This document shows positions 23,801 to 36,303 of a DNA stretch of 64,000 nucleotides, in pieces (position 1 is the stretch's first letter; each line of letters begins with the position of its first letter). The notes beneath the pieces are model-generated. The model was not told where the DNA came from. It saw nothing but the letters and a program-made list of their open reading frames with translations, and ran no database searches. Origin of the DNA: Rotaria socialis. Taxonomy: Eukaryota. The stretch is from positions 215,042 through 279,041 of the forward strand of contig CAJNYD010000224.1 in assembly GCA_905331295.1 (NCBI GenBank). Direction: 5' to 3'. A program made the translations under genes and the position numbers.

Positions 23801-26614
23801 CCGCATTCGGAATAATTGTCTTACGTAGATATGTTAAATCGGTTCGTTCATCGACACCCTTATCTGTCAACCATTTTTTTATACTGTGTTGCGCTTTTTC
23901 ACTTAACCAAGTGACTATTTTTTTATTTACAAATAAATATTCAAAATCGATTGTTCCATTGTCACCAATTGTGTCAGTTGGAAAATAAATATTTTTGATT
24001 AGTTGCAAATGATTATTTTGATCCATTAGAAATGGAATTCGTTGAATATCAATATTCATGCCATTATCTGTATCGATCTTGAGATACTTTGCAAAAAAAT
24101 ATTCAATCATTCGTTTATTTTCTTCAGTTGAGTGAGTTTTGATAAATATATCTGACTTAAACATATCGATACAATGATCCCAAGTAAATGTTTTCACACC
24201 TATTTGATTCAAATTTATATCGTAATCAATAAATGGATCATCACCGTATTGGCAGGGATTCTTTTCATTGTTGTTGATATATTCACGCATTGAATCGACA
24301 TTAATAAATGATGATTGCTTGGACATTGACGTTGAATCCATAATGACTTGATCAACCTTAAAATTATCGGTAAATGAAAAACTGTTTCTCTCATTAATTT
24401 ATTTCTGGTCAAGAGCTTGCTGATATTCGATTGTCGACATACTCATGCCTCATTTCTAGCGAATATACATTGCATGTGCGCTTCGGAAATCCACTTCCGA
24501 CACCAAACTCTTGTTATAAAGAACACCGCATGAGCATGAGAAAACAATGATAGTTATCGGTTAATTTCTTTCAATAGGAAAGTGGGACATCTTAATGATT
24601 TTTTTTATTCGAAACAAGTTCACTTTTAATTGACTAAAGAATACTGAGGCAATAACAGTTAATAAATATTTTCTTTCACGTACTCTTAATAATTGATTTT
24701 TTCTATTGCGAATGAAATTACAATGTTTAATATTTTCCGCCAATGAATCATTGAACCGTTTTGTTAAAATATTATTTTCTGAGTGCAATTCCGATGGAAT
24801 CAGTCGATAAGCTTGAGAACGAAATTTATTATCGTTAACCAATTCTTTTATCCATTGAAAGATTTCACCACTGATTCTACCAAATAGCCATTGATTCCAA
24901 ACAGAATCTAGATAAAAAAGAGTTTGTACACAACGCTTTAGAAAAACTAAACTGAGAGAAATTTTACCCGTATGAATTTGTTCTCGATTTACATTTGTTA
25001 AAAAGTTAGCATTGATTAACACGGGAAATTTGTATCCAAAAATTTTCGTTGGCAAATAAGAAAATAGAACTGAGTCTTGTTCACGTAATTTTTCTATACC
25101 ACCACTAATCATGTCTCCATGCTCATTAGGTGATGGAGCTTTATATTTCGCAGCAAGAAACATTTCTGCTTTTTTGATAAACCGTAGTTTTTCTGGTGCT
25201 TTTGTATCTTTCGATAATTTATCTACTACGTCATCAGGAATATTTAATTCAAAACGTTTGATAATCCATTGTGAATCGGGTTTGTTATTAACAAAAACTT
25301 GTTTTAAACCATGACTTAAATCACGAGCAATCGAAATAGTATAATTTGATGATTCTGCTAAAAATGTAATTTGAGAAATATTTCGTAGGAAAAGAAATAG
25401 ATCTGGTTGTTGTTTTAATTGATTTATAGCTGAATTAATTTCTCCAATATTATTTAATAAAATGACATAGGCTACATGGATTCGTTTTTTCTTTTGGTTT
25501 AAAAAAATGCTAATAAGACTCGGAATTTCATTCTCATTAGTCCACACCGGATTAATTTGCCATGGATAAATAAACTGTCGATCATTTTCTTTTTCCCATG
25601 TTTGTTGATCATCAGTTCCCCATTCCTTATTCCATTTGATTTGATAAGAAGAATCGAATCGAAAATATTCTCCATGAGAATAAATCATAACCTTATCAGA
25701 TTTCCCAAAAACCGCTTTGAATCCTAATCCTTTATATCCTGTTTTATCAAGATCCTTCTTTTTTGTTCCATTATTAACACCACATATACCTTTTAAGTCT
25801 TTTTCGTCAAACGCTTTTCCTATACGAAAAAAGATTGAAAAACTACTCTCTTGATTCAGGTGAAATAGAATGAACGTCAAAAAGCATTAAAAAGATCAAT
25901 TTTGTACGAAATATCCTAGCTTGACATAAGTAGCAATAAAAATTTTCGCCTTTCTGTCACATGAATTCAAAATAGACTTTTGACCTGTTCTTTATTAAAG
26001 AACTGTAAAGTTGATATTTTTTGTGATTAAAATGTTTTATCGGAAGTAGGCATACAGCAAACCCGAAACGCCTTTTCTTTAGTTAAAACAGTCCTCTATC
26101 AAACCCATATCGGAAAAATATTCTGTTATCTCTATCTACATTAAACCACATTTAATAGTGCATCTAACTCTATATTTAATGTTTATGAGTTGGCAGTTCT
26201 TTCCTCCTCGTGTTTTACACATTCCGATAGCTCAACTTACGATTGTAACAAGAATTATTTGCTACTTGATTCTGTATTTATATTTTTGCTATTGTCACTA
26301 TCCAGCTATCCTGTTTTGAAAAGTATTTTTTATATAGAATTAAGAAATTGGCAAAAAACAACGTGTGCATTACCATTGTGAGCGATAATGAAATATTTCT
26401 CTTCCAGAATTGTTAAAGATATATTTCTCGCCTGGGCATCATCCGCATTTTGTATTAGTTCATAAATAAATCTTATGTTATCCGTATATAAATCACTTGA
26501 CAAAGATTTTAATGACTCAGCTTGATTTATTGCTTGTTCGGGAAATTTATAATCAGTATTCTTTGCAGAAAGTTCTTCAATACATTGTCTTAAACTTGTT
26601 TCGTTCGTTGTCAT
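20895..26614 (-). CDS. Sacsin/NO VEIN-type GHKL ATPase with C-terminal DUF3883-like PD-(D/E)xK nuclease; exons 26614-26374, 25819-24968, 24907-24684, 24356-23324, 23132-21993, 21927-21697, 21472-20895 (1432 aa)
   Basis: N-terminal RFIYELIQNADDA, HNGKAF and GYKGLGFKAVF, then SYLPT...INANFLTNVNRE. C-terminal GEQMVY...WLN...PYDIIL...YIEVKST. Six GT-AG introns give a 4299-nt uninterrupted frame. Confidence 0.85.
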
Positions 26615-27391
26615 TTCTTGGATATTACAATGAAACAAAAGAACTAAAATCGATACTGCTAGGCAAATATTTTTCTACCAACCTGTTTTCTTGTTTTCTT
26701 TTGATTTGTTTCTTATTTTTTTATCACAAAGTCAACGTGTCAAGTTCTTTTGCAACGCAATACTACGTCTAAATAGGGAACAATGCAAATATTTTTCTCT
26801 AAAACAAAATGCAACAATAGAACAGAAAGAAAAAAATAATAATGAATTTTACGTGCAGTGGCATATCGTAAACCTATGCAAATGCTCCTGTTTACTTCAA
26901 ATACAAAAAACTACACGGAATTTGTTTTTATGCGGTCGACGTCATAAAAGTAAAGAGCAGTATAGCAGTTCTCTCTTATCACACATCGGCATGACAGAAA
27001 AACTAAAACTTCGCAACAAAGAAAAGAAACAATAAAAAATTTACAAAAACTGAAATGATGATTTTATTAATTGAAATTCTCATTTCATCTTTTTTCATAT
27101 GCTCATTTAAATAAAACGATGTATGCAATCGACACATCATGGCATCGGCGTAGCCAAGGGAGGGGCAAATGGGCAATTGCCATTTCATTTGGAGATTTGT
27201 GCATTGTAACTTTTGTTAGTAACTTTTTGCCCATTGCAATTTTACTTTTTTCAGAGTTGTTTATTCATTTTCGAATTAGATAATAATTCTATTACTTTTC
27301 TTCCGTCTGAATCACACATGCACTCCTTGATTGTTCTTTCTGTGAAAAATTTAGAAAATAAGGAGAAAACAATCGTTTCTGGTATTTTAAC

Positions 27392-28714
27392 CAGGGTTAC
27401 CAGATGAAAACTTAAAAATCAGAAATTCTTGTTTTCAAAATTTTTAAAAAATCAGAATTTTTTTCTCCAAAATCGGAAACTAATCAGAAAGAGTAACTTT
27501 TTGCAAACCAAGGGCTGCCACGTTGACATAATTACTTGCGAAAAATTCTTCATTTGTCTTTTTTATCGACTCATACTTTATTTCCAAACGTATCTCATAG
27601 TAAAGAAAGACAATACAAACATTATATAGCTTAGAGTAAAAGATCGTGTACTGTACGCTGAGAAGATTGATCGTAGTAGGATCAAATGAATGCTCTCACT
27701 ATCAAGCTAACTAATTAAAAATATGAGCTGCCACTAGCGTACACAGACCGATATTCGAGTTTCAAGAAACTCACAGTTTATTGTGTGCCCACACTACGAA
27801 ATTTCATCAACGCATAGCTTTCATTTTTTGGCCATGGTAGGATGGAGCACGACCATTTACACGAGAAAAAACAATATCACGCATATTAAAAAGCACACGT
27901 TACGAAGTCGAAGACAATATGCTTTTAAATATAAGGGTAATAGACAAAATATTCTAGTTGCTGTCAAATTGCTGTTGAATATGTGCGATATTCTTTCTCC
28001 TTTTGTAAATACTTGTGTTTCATTCAACCATGACGAAAAAAGAAAACTAAGGGTCGATGAAATTTCGTAGTATGAACACATGATAAACTGTAAATATTTT
28101 GAAATTTAAACATTTTGGTCTGTATAGGCGGCTATTGGCAACTCATGTTTTAAACAAGTTGGCCTGTGAGTGAGAGCATTCATTTAATTCAACTATGAAT
28201 AATCTCCTTAATTTCCAGTTGCATGGCCTTCAATTGTTTGTTAATACAAAAACAACTAGCAAAAGACGCAGTGTCGGATTCTTTTACCAAACCCAAAATT
28301 GTGTTTACGAAAAATAAAGATTATAGAACACAGTATTTCATTTTATTTTTCATGTTTTCCTTGGTTCAAATTCCTTCAATCATTGTTTTGAAGCTAAAAT
28401 CTGTTTACAAAATCGTTCAAAAAAAATAATTAGCATTCATTCTTAAGTTCAGTAACGCAACAATTTACTGATATATTAAAGTATCCGTCAGTGGTTGCAG
28501 AACTCAGAAACTAGAAAAAATTAAGAAAGGAAAGAACGTACCGCAATACGGATATATAATATCAATGAGTTATAGTCGTAATTAATTTCACTAGTCAAAC
28601 TACAATCTAAAAATGTTTGAAATCAGCAACAAATTACAAAAAAGTATCAAAATCAGAAAAAAATTTTGAAATTTCATAAACTTTCCTGACTTCTCAGAAA
28701 ATCTGGCAAACCTG
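27392..28714. mobile_element. Non-autonomous hAT-like element with 8-bp TSD
   Basis: TIRs CAGGGTTACCAGA / TCTGGCAAACCTG, flanked by ATTTTAAC (27384-27391) and ATTCTAAC (28715-28722), 7/8 identical. Confidence 0.7.
27685..28184. repeat. Long inverted repeat (arms ~155 bp), probable nested MITE
   Basis: AATGAATGCTCTCAC...ACTACGAAATTTCATC on the left pairs with GATGAAATTTCGTAGT...GTGAGAGCATTCATT on the right. Confidence 0.7.
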
Positions 28715-28806
28715 ATTCTAACTGTAAGTTTGAGTGAACACGAATTCACCTTTATCGAGTAAAATTAACCACGTACAGGTAGAGAAGCATAGATCAAAGA
28801 TAAGAG

Positions 28807-29464
28807 AAACAAGAGTACAGACCAAGAGAACATACACGAACATATGTATATATGTAAATATATATATATATATATATAATTAGAATGACGCATAGAAGAT
28901 AAAGGAAAATCCAATGATGTATATAGTGGAAACATAAAGAAATAAATGTGGAAACTTCGGATTTCATCCGAGAGTTATGTGTACTGCAAAAAGTGCATGC
29001 GACATATGAGTCATTCTAGAATGCCTGAACACGAAAATTATCATGAGAAACTAGACAATTTGATTTCTGGATGGAGTTTTTGTGAATTTTGAGACGTTTT
29101 TCAGGCGATGTTTCGTTAGAAAGCTATGACTTAGTTCAAAACTAATATCAGATTCAGAATCAGCGTTAAAAACTGAGTCGATTTATATATGTTGTGAATA
29201 ATTCTGAGAAAATTTTTTTTTGAAAAATCCCTGTACTCCCCCTCTGGGATGGTCTGATCAGAATTGACAATTTTTTCGACAGCTCAGCCATTTCTTGACG
29301 GATCCTTCTCATCTTCGAACTCGACCTAGATATTGATAAGACAATTCTGTGCACAAAATTTCAGCTCAATCGAATGTAATTGTGAAGAGTTATCGAATAA
29401 ACGGACGGCCGGACACACTGACCGATTCTATAGTGTACTCTTTTTTTTTTGAGTACACAAAAAA
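28807..29464 (+). mobile_element. Helentron-associated (HINE/DINE-1-like) non-autonomous element
   Basis: 5' AAACAAGAGTACA, a 3' subterminal inverted copy GTGTACTC plus terminal hairpin GTGTACTC-T-run-GAGTACAC, an ACGGACGG tract and an internal (TA)n. Confidence 0.5.
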
Positions 29465-30296
29465 CAAGATGTAAATGGCCTAATTCGTAGGAAAAATGTC
29501 GATGTGTGCTGTAGAGATACATATAGACAGAATCCTCAACATTGACCTATGCATGCTTTGTTTACGTCATTAGTACTTTGTTGAATCAAAAACGTTTTGG
29601 CCCATTAATGAAAACCTTACCCATTTCGCCCATCCGTTTTTTCGACCCCAGAGAAGTTTGCCCATTGGCCTTACAATCCTGGTTACGCCGCTGATTACAT
29701 GCTTGTCTAAATCCGAAATATAATTTCTAAGGAATACTTTTAGAAGCATTGCCGCTGTTTTAGAAATTCTTATTCTTATGGTTCAGGAATACTTCAGTCA
29801 AATAAATTATTTATGTTCAACTATATCCGTCTTGTTGAAAGATATTGATATCTATTGATCGAATCTCATATGAGGTACGTTTTAAATATTTTTACTTGAA
29901 TTAAACAAAGTTGAAGAAAAGTTTCAGTGCTCTATCAAGTATGAGTTTAGGTGGTGTAATGGAGTTGGAAGCGTTTATTATCCTTACATATACACTCATT
30001 TTCATACCGACAACTACACATGAGATCATTCCATCATTTGTTTTTCCAAGAAGCAACGGCGGTCACGAGTGTCGATGAGTCAACATTAGTTTGCTATGGG
30101 CGCTCTCCCTTTTTTTATGACACATAGATGCCCATCGTGGCTGAGAATCTGCCGCGCGACCATGAACATCTATAATATTTAGTAGCTAAATAAATATACC
30201 CTTGTTGATGGATTTTCTATAGAAACTGATAGCATGTAAGAAATTCTCAGTAAGTCTTACTGAATAAAAATGTGCTAGGTGGATTATTTGTCTACT

Positions 30297-31035
30297 ATGG
30301 ATGATGAGAGAATAGAACACCCATCGTGGTTGAATACAAGATTAATTGAGCCAGGTTTCTATTTAACAACAGAAGACTATTATTATTCAGGTAACCGTTC
30401 GAATATTTGACTTTTGCGCGGAACAAATCGTGAATCTCTTATTGATACTGGCCTGGGTGTATGCAATTTGAAGAAGCATTTAGAAAAATTAGAATTATTG
30501 AATGATTCTTGTGAATGTGTTGTTATTTGTACGCACGTACATTTTGATCTTGGTGGTGGTGCACATCATTTTGATTAATTTACCTATTCATCAAGGTGAG
30601 TATGATGGTTTATGCAACGGTGAACAATCAGCAACATTAAATTGGTCTGATGAATCACATTATCATGCGCCACCGTATAAAACATTTATACCAGAATAAT
30701 ATAAAGTGCCACCAACAAAATGTGAGCCAATTATTGATGACCATCAAATAAATCTTGGCGGGGATGATGATGATGTAATTGAAATAAAGCATGTACCTGG
30801 CCATACACCTGGAAGTATTGTTTGTTATTATTCAAGAAAAAACGCTTTATTTTCAGGTGATTTTGTTTACGAATGTGGGAGTGGTAGATGTCTGTTCCAT
30901 TGGGCACCAACATCATCTTCTAAAGATTACGTACAAAGTGCTAAGCAGATGATTGATTGGTTCGCTCAACATGAAATAATGAATGCAAATCAAGTACGAA
31001 AGCTATTAAACAAATATATCGAGTATGAAGAATAA
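30297..31035 (+). pseudogene. MBLAC2-like metallo-beta-lactamase-fold pseudogene
   Basis: YSGNRSNI*LLRG...IDTGLG...THVHFDL...HVPGHTPGS...LFSGDFVY. TGA at 30408 sits at a conserved Trp, the last His of HxHxDH is Leu, there is a frameshift near 30575 and a second stop at 30697. Confidence 0.8.
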
Positions 31036-32000
31036 TCAAACACATTGACTCTTGGCCTTTTTTTTTTATTCAATATTGCTTTTGAAATATAGTATAAGAC
31101 AATATCATATGGAGAACAACTATCTCAGCACAAGATACAGATAGAAGCATCGTAATGGCTAATCCAGCAAGCAACAATTGTTAAAAGAGGGTGATTTAGG
31201 AGTATGAATGTTGGTCCCATTGCTCCCTTTTCTCACACACCGTAATATCAATAACCTTCAATGAATCAGTAGGAAATCAGACACAATACGTTCATTCAAC
31301 ATAACTAGGAGGTAGGTGTGCCATGATATAGACTTGCTCTGCATAGTAAATTTAATCCAATCAACAAGTTCTGGCTAACTTAAACAGCCCGACAGGCCGT
31401 CCACGATCGTATAAGAAAAAAATAAGAACCATTTAACTCGCATCCACACTTTCAATCGTGTTAACTTCTCTGTTGGTTTTTATCAGAAGGTTTCAATCGG
31501 TGAAGAAATTTCGCAATACTTCCGTTTTCTTATTTTCAAATATGAAATCAACCAAAACGACGAATCCGTAATAAGATTGATACTATCGTATAATGAGCAA
31601 CAACTTCGTCTACCAAAAAACATAATAGTAATATATAAAATCAAATGAAAAGGATTTAATTTTATTGTTGTATAATAAATTCAACAGTGGACAAAAAAAA
31701 AGCACAATTCTTATAGATTACATATACAGAAGACAAATTTGTTTGATTACGCGCAAAGAAACAAGCAGAATGTTAAACATATCAGATCAAATTTGACTAA
31801 TTATTATTGCCAGACGGAGATGAAATCTTCTTTTTTTCTTATTCATTTCGCTACACTAATATAATACAAATATCAGCCAATTACATAAATATACAAATAA
31901 CAGATTGATATTAGATATCAGAGAAGAAGAAAAAAACAAATTGTATGCAGATTGTTGAGTTTTAGGTCGCCAAGAAAACAAAAACAAATTCAGATTATTA

Positions 32001-35000
32001 TTAAATTTCAGCAGTAGCAATGGCTATTGGTTCTGATATTGCCGCTGTTGTTGTTGTTGTTGTTGTTGTTGGTAGTGGTGGTGGTGGAGATGGTGGTTGA
32101 GAATCTTCACCAGGTTCATCATCATCTAATGGCATATCTTTTTCCTTTGGTGTTTTTCCTTTACGTTCTTTCGATCGTTTATTTTGAAACCAAACCTTGA
32201 AACAATAAAATCTTATAGATGAATATAGTCATACACGATAATATTCTTACTTGAATAACACGTAGACTGAGACCTGTTTCGGCAACTAATTGTTCACGTT
32301 GAGGTTTATTTGGTTTTGAACATGTGTCATATGCTTTGCATAGAACCTAAAATTAAAATAAATCAATAAATAAAAGATATCGAAATAGAATAAGCATACG
32401 TCTAATTGTTGTGGCTTAATTGTTGTACGTGCACCTTTCTTTTCTTGTGCTGTTGAAGATGATAATGATAAAGCAGTATTTAATGATCGATCTCCGTCGT
32501 CCATTGAGCCATCGGATTCATTACCAGATTTACCATTTGTTGTTTGTGATTGTTGTTGGTCGTCGTCGAAATCTTCACTTTCTGCGCTACTCATTCGTCG
32601 TTTATTTGGTGTCGAATTCGATTCAGGTGTTGTAGCTACATGTGATGTTAGGTCTGTTGCTGACATACCTGTCATTGAGTCATTTTCTGCTGATGGAGCG
32701 TTATCCGTGAGAGTAGGTTGTTCTACGGATTTTTTCTTATTTGCTCGAGGAGTTGCTGGTTTTTTCTTTTCTCCATTAGCAGTACTTTTCTTTCGTGATT
32801 TAACTGGTCGTCCTTCAGGTGCAGCCGCTGATGATGATGATTTATCTTCATTTGATGATGTACTACAAATAGAAAAATAATATTTAAAGATGTATAAAAA
32901 CGTTCAAAAAGTGTATTTTAGCATATAAGTTTTTATTATTTCCATTTCCTCTAATCTGAACTGAGTATTATTTTATATAGCATACATTTTTTAACTACTT
33001 TACTCTTATGTCGACTGTGACAAATATTTTGAATTCATGGAAAATCCACGTTTTAGTCTAAGTATGAACAACGAATTATTTTAATGTTAGATTCATTTCG
33101 ATCAAAAGAGATCGTTTTGAAGAGAAAAAATCTGCTAGCTAGATTCTCAAAAATACTTAGATAAAGATTCTGTGAATTAAAAAAAAACGTAAAACAGCAT
33201 ACTTATTCAATTGTGGTGCATTTGTAGGTGTTGGTTGCATAAATGGAAATGGTTGACCATTGGGTGATGCAGTAAATGCAGGATGAAATCCATACGGATT
33301 TGGATATCCACTAGCATAAGCAGCTGCAGCAAAAGCTGGATTAAAAGCACCTGGAAAAGCATTATAGGCAGCAAAATGTGGTGCCATCGAATACATGGCT
33401 GCTAATTGAGCTTGTTGAGAATTAGCTGCTTGTGTTTTACCATTTGCTGATGTTGGTGGAAGTTGTGGTGGTTGCATAAATTGTGCATTAATAAGACCCA
33501 TTTGAGCGAGAAAATTATGCTGTGGATGATTATTTGCATTGCCATTTGTAGCATTACTTGCGTCGTTATCATTCGTATTAGTATTGTCTGTTGTAGCAGT
33601 TTTTCTTTTTCTCTTTTTTTTATTGGCTTCTGGCGGTGGTGGTGGTGGTGATGATGACGCATTATCTTCATCCATACCATTTTCACCTTCAGTTCTATTT
33701 GTTTTTGCTTTTTTACTACGCGGTTTTGCTTTCGCTTTCTTCTTAGGTGATGGCGATGAAGATGAATCATCAAGTAAATTTTGTGAAACTATTTCACTAT
33801 TATCCGCCGTATCAGATTTTTTCTTCGATGAATTAGAATGTGATTGAGTCATATCAAGTGGTAAACTTCCTGGCGGCACACCAAATGGTGGACGATAAAA
33901 AGTAGCCATACCAGCTGCTGCTTGAGGTGAAAATGGTACACCAGGGCCAGGAGTAACAAATGGAAATGGAAATGGATTTGTTGGAGCATTACTTGGACGT
34001 ACATCACCAAGAGTTGATGGTGGTAATGTACCGAATTCGAGTAATGAAGAAAGAGCTGATGGTTTTTGTGTAGTCGTCATTGTTGTTGAGGATTTAGCTT
34101 GACGTGAAGTTTTCGGTGGTGTAACAGGACGTGCTGGTGTACCTGGCTCGACATTTGTTGAAATATCCATTTGCGAAGGACTTGATGAGCGATCAAGTGA
34201 ATCACTATCTGAACCGTCAGCCGAATTCGATGAACGATTTGAATCAGGTAGATGAGCTGGCTGATTGTTTTGTGTTGATGGTGCCGGCGGTGGTGGCGGC
34301 GGCATTGGAAGTCTTGATTGTAAAGGAAAACCAGGTGGTAAAAATTGTGCATGATTTGGAAATGCTGGATTGAAATTTGGAGGCATAAAACTAGGTGTTA
34401 AATCAGGTTTCATAATCGATGAAATTGACATGGGATTTGCTGCAAGTCCACTAAGTAATGATAAAGGTTCAGACATTTTAGCCTGTGATATAAGTGATGG
34501 ATTTGCTGTTGTTGCTGGTGGTGGTGGCGGCGGCGGTGGTGGTGGAGCTTGCTGTGAAGTTGTTGGCGTTGGTCTAGGTTCTGGTTCTGGTTCAGCTTTT
34601 TTATCATCAACATTGTTCGTTGGTTTATTTTTAACGACTGTTGACCGCGCATTTTCTTGTTCATCATCTTGTATATTGTCCTTCGAAATGATAAAGATTT
34701 ATTAACGGTGATCAAGAGTTTATTTATCAATTTAAAAAAGTAGGTAGCTAAATATCATTAAAGCAACGAATCATGCATATGCTTTTAGCAAGAAGTTGTT
34801 TTCATCTTTGATAGTAGCTATTTTTGTTTTATTTTAAAATGACAGTAAAATACCTCTTCAGAAAAATCAGCATCATCTTCATCGTCACTTTCATCTTCGT
34901 CGCTTCCACTTGAAAAACTTCGTTTACGATAACGTGATGTTTTTGCAGTACGACGATTACTTGCTCGTCGTTGAACAGTTGACGACGACGATGGATTATT

Positions 35001-36303
35001 AGATGCTGCCGCTTTCGATCTCGTAGCTGGTGAACGACGTTTTCTTTCCGTTACAGTTGTCTGTTTTTGACGAGACACTGGTGTTGTTTTAGTTTTGGCA
35101 GGTGAACGTTTACTACCATTACTACCTGTGCTTTGACGAATTTTCGATTGTCGACCGTTGACTTTAGGAGCAACAGTCACCGATGGATTTGGTGATGATT
35201 GCTCTTTTATAGGTGATACTAATGATGACTTTGTTGTTCCAGGAGCTTCATCAACTTCCATCGATTGTTGTTCATCGACGTGATTATTATTTGTTGAAGT
35301 ATCATTATTTAATGTCGATGGCTTTTGTTCTGCTGTATCAGATGAAGGTGATACTTTTCCATTGATTGTTTGTGAAATTTCATTGTCATTTGGTTTACCT
35401 AGAAAATCAATTCAACGTAGATGCAAAAGAAAAGAAAGTAAATTATCTATTAAAACTAACTTCCATCAGATTTTGATAATGGCTTTGTTTCATTCGATTC
35501 TCTATCAGGATATAAACATGTTTGACATGAACATTCAAGATCATTCAATGTTGCATCATTCGTTTTAAGTAATTCTGATATATCATCATCTTGCAACGTA
35601 CGTTTACATTTCGTACAAACAAAACATTCAGCATGATAGATTCGACCTGCACGAATACGACGAATCAATTCATCTGATTTGACAAGATTTTGACAAGCGA
35701 AACAACGATGAATATATTTTCTAAAGAAAGAACTTACGTGTTATGTTTTCTTTTTGAAATATTATATTTTCACTTACTTGATAAAATCATCTTTACAATA
35801 AAGTTTTCCTTCGCGTGAATAGCATTGCTCATTAAGTACACATCGACATGCAAAACACCGAACACATTCCGGATGCCATAAATGATCGAGAACATTAGAT
35901 ATAAATGGATTTAACATCGGTTGAGAACAACCAAAACATTGACTTGGTGTCGATGGCACACTTAAAAAAATACCAAAGAAATTCAATTATTAATTTATCG
36001 AAATTGAACTGTTTTTTTTCTGTTTTTTCCTACGATAAACATTATATGAGACCATCTCGCTGGCCATCAGTGCCCTATCCAGACCGGTAGTGATATACTC
36101 CTTTAGTCTCGTGAGACATATTTCGATTTGAATTCGGACTTTTTTTTGTATTGAAATCAAACAGTTATCATCGAATCACGAATAGAAAATTTTCAATTTG
36201 ACAAGGTTTACCTTCGACTGGATTGGCGCATAGGTCTATTGGAACTATTATTGAAAGCTACAGGAGAAAGTGTCATAGGCGGACGTCGACGTTGGTGTTG
36301 CAT
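32001..36303 (-). CDS. LIM-homeodomain transcription factor, Lhx1/5 (Lim1/lin-11) class, ~1100 aa, ~8 exons
   Basis: Two LIM domains (CFGC...WHPECVRCFAC...KLYCKDD and CFAC...YHAECFVCTKC) and a spliced homeodomain [56 protein letters not shown]. Confidence 0.88.

Larger units (their letters stand above)
27143..29693. mobile_element. Outer non-autonomous TIR element (hAT-like termini) containing nested insertions
   Basis: Left end CATCGGCGTAGCCAAGG...GGGCAAATGGGCAA; right end TTGCCCATTGGCC...CCTGGTTACGCCGCTG. No clean TSD. Confidence 0.6.

Noticed and set aside
27783..28081. Two opposite-strand ORFs with similar N-termini (YEISST)
   Set aside because: A result of the inverted repeat, not a gene pair.
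30408..30410. In-frame TGA as selenocysteine or a variant genetic code
   Set aside because: It sits at a Trp position with other disabling lesions nearby, and TGA is a normal stop in neighbouring genes.
33402..34730. His-rich and Gly-rich alternative-frame ORFs
   Set aside because: Frame shadows of poly-Pro (CCA/CCG) tracts in the Lhx linker.
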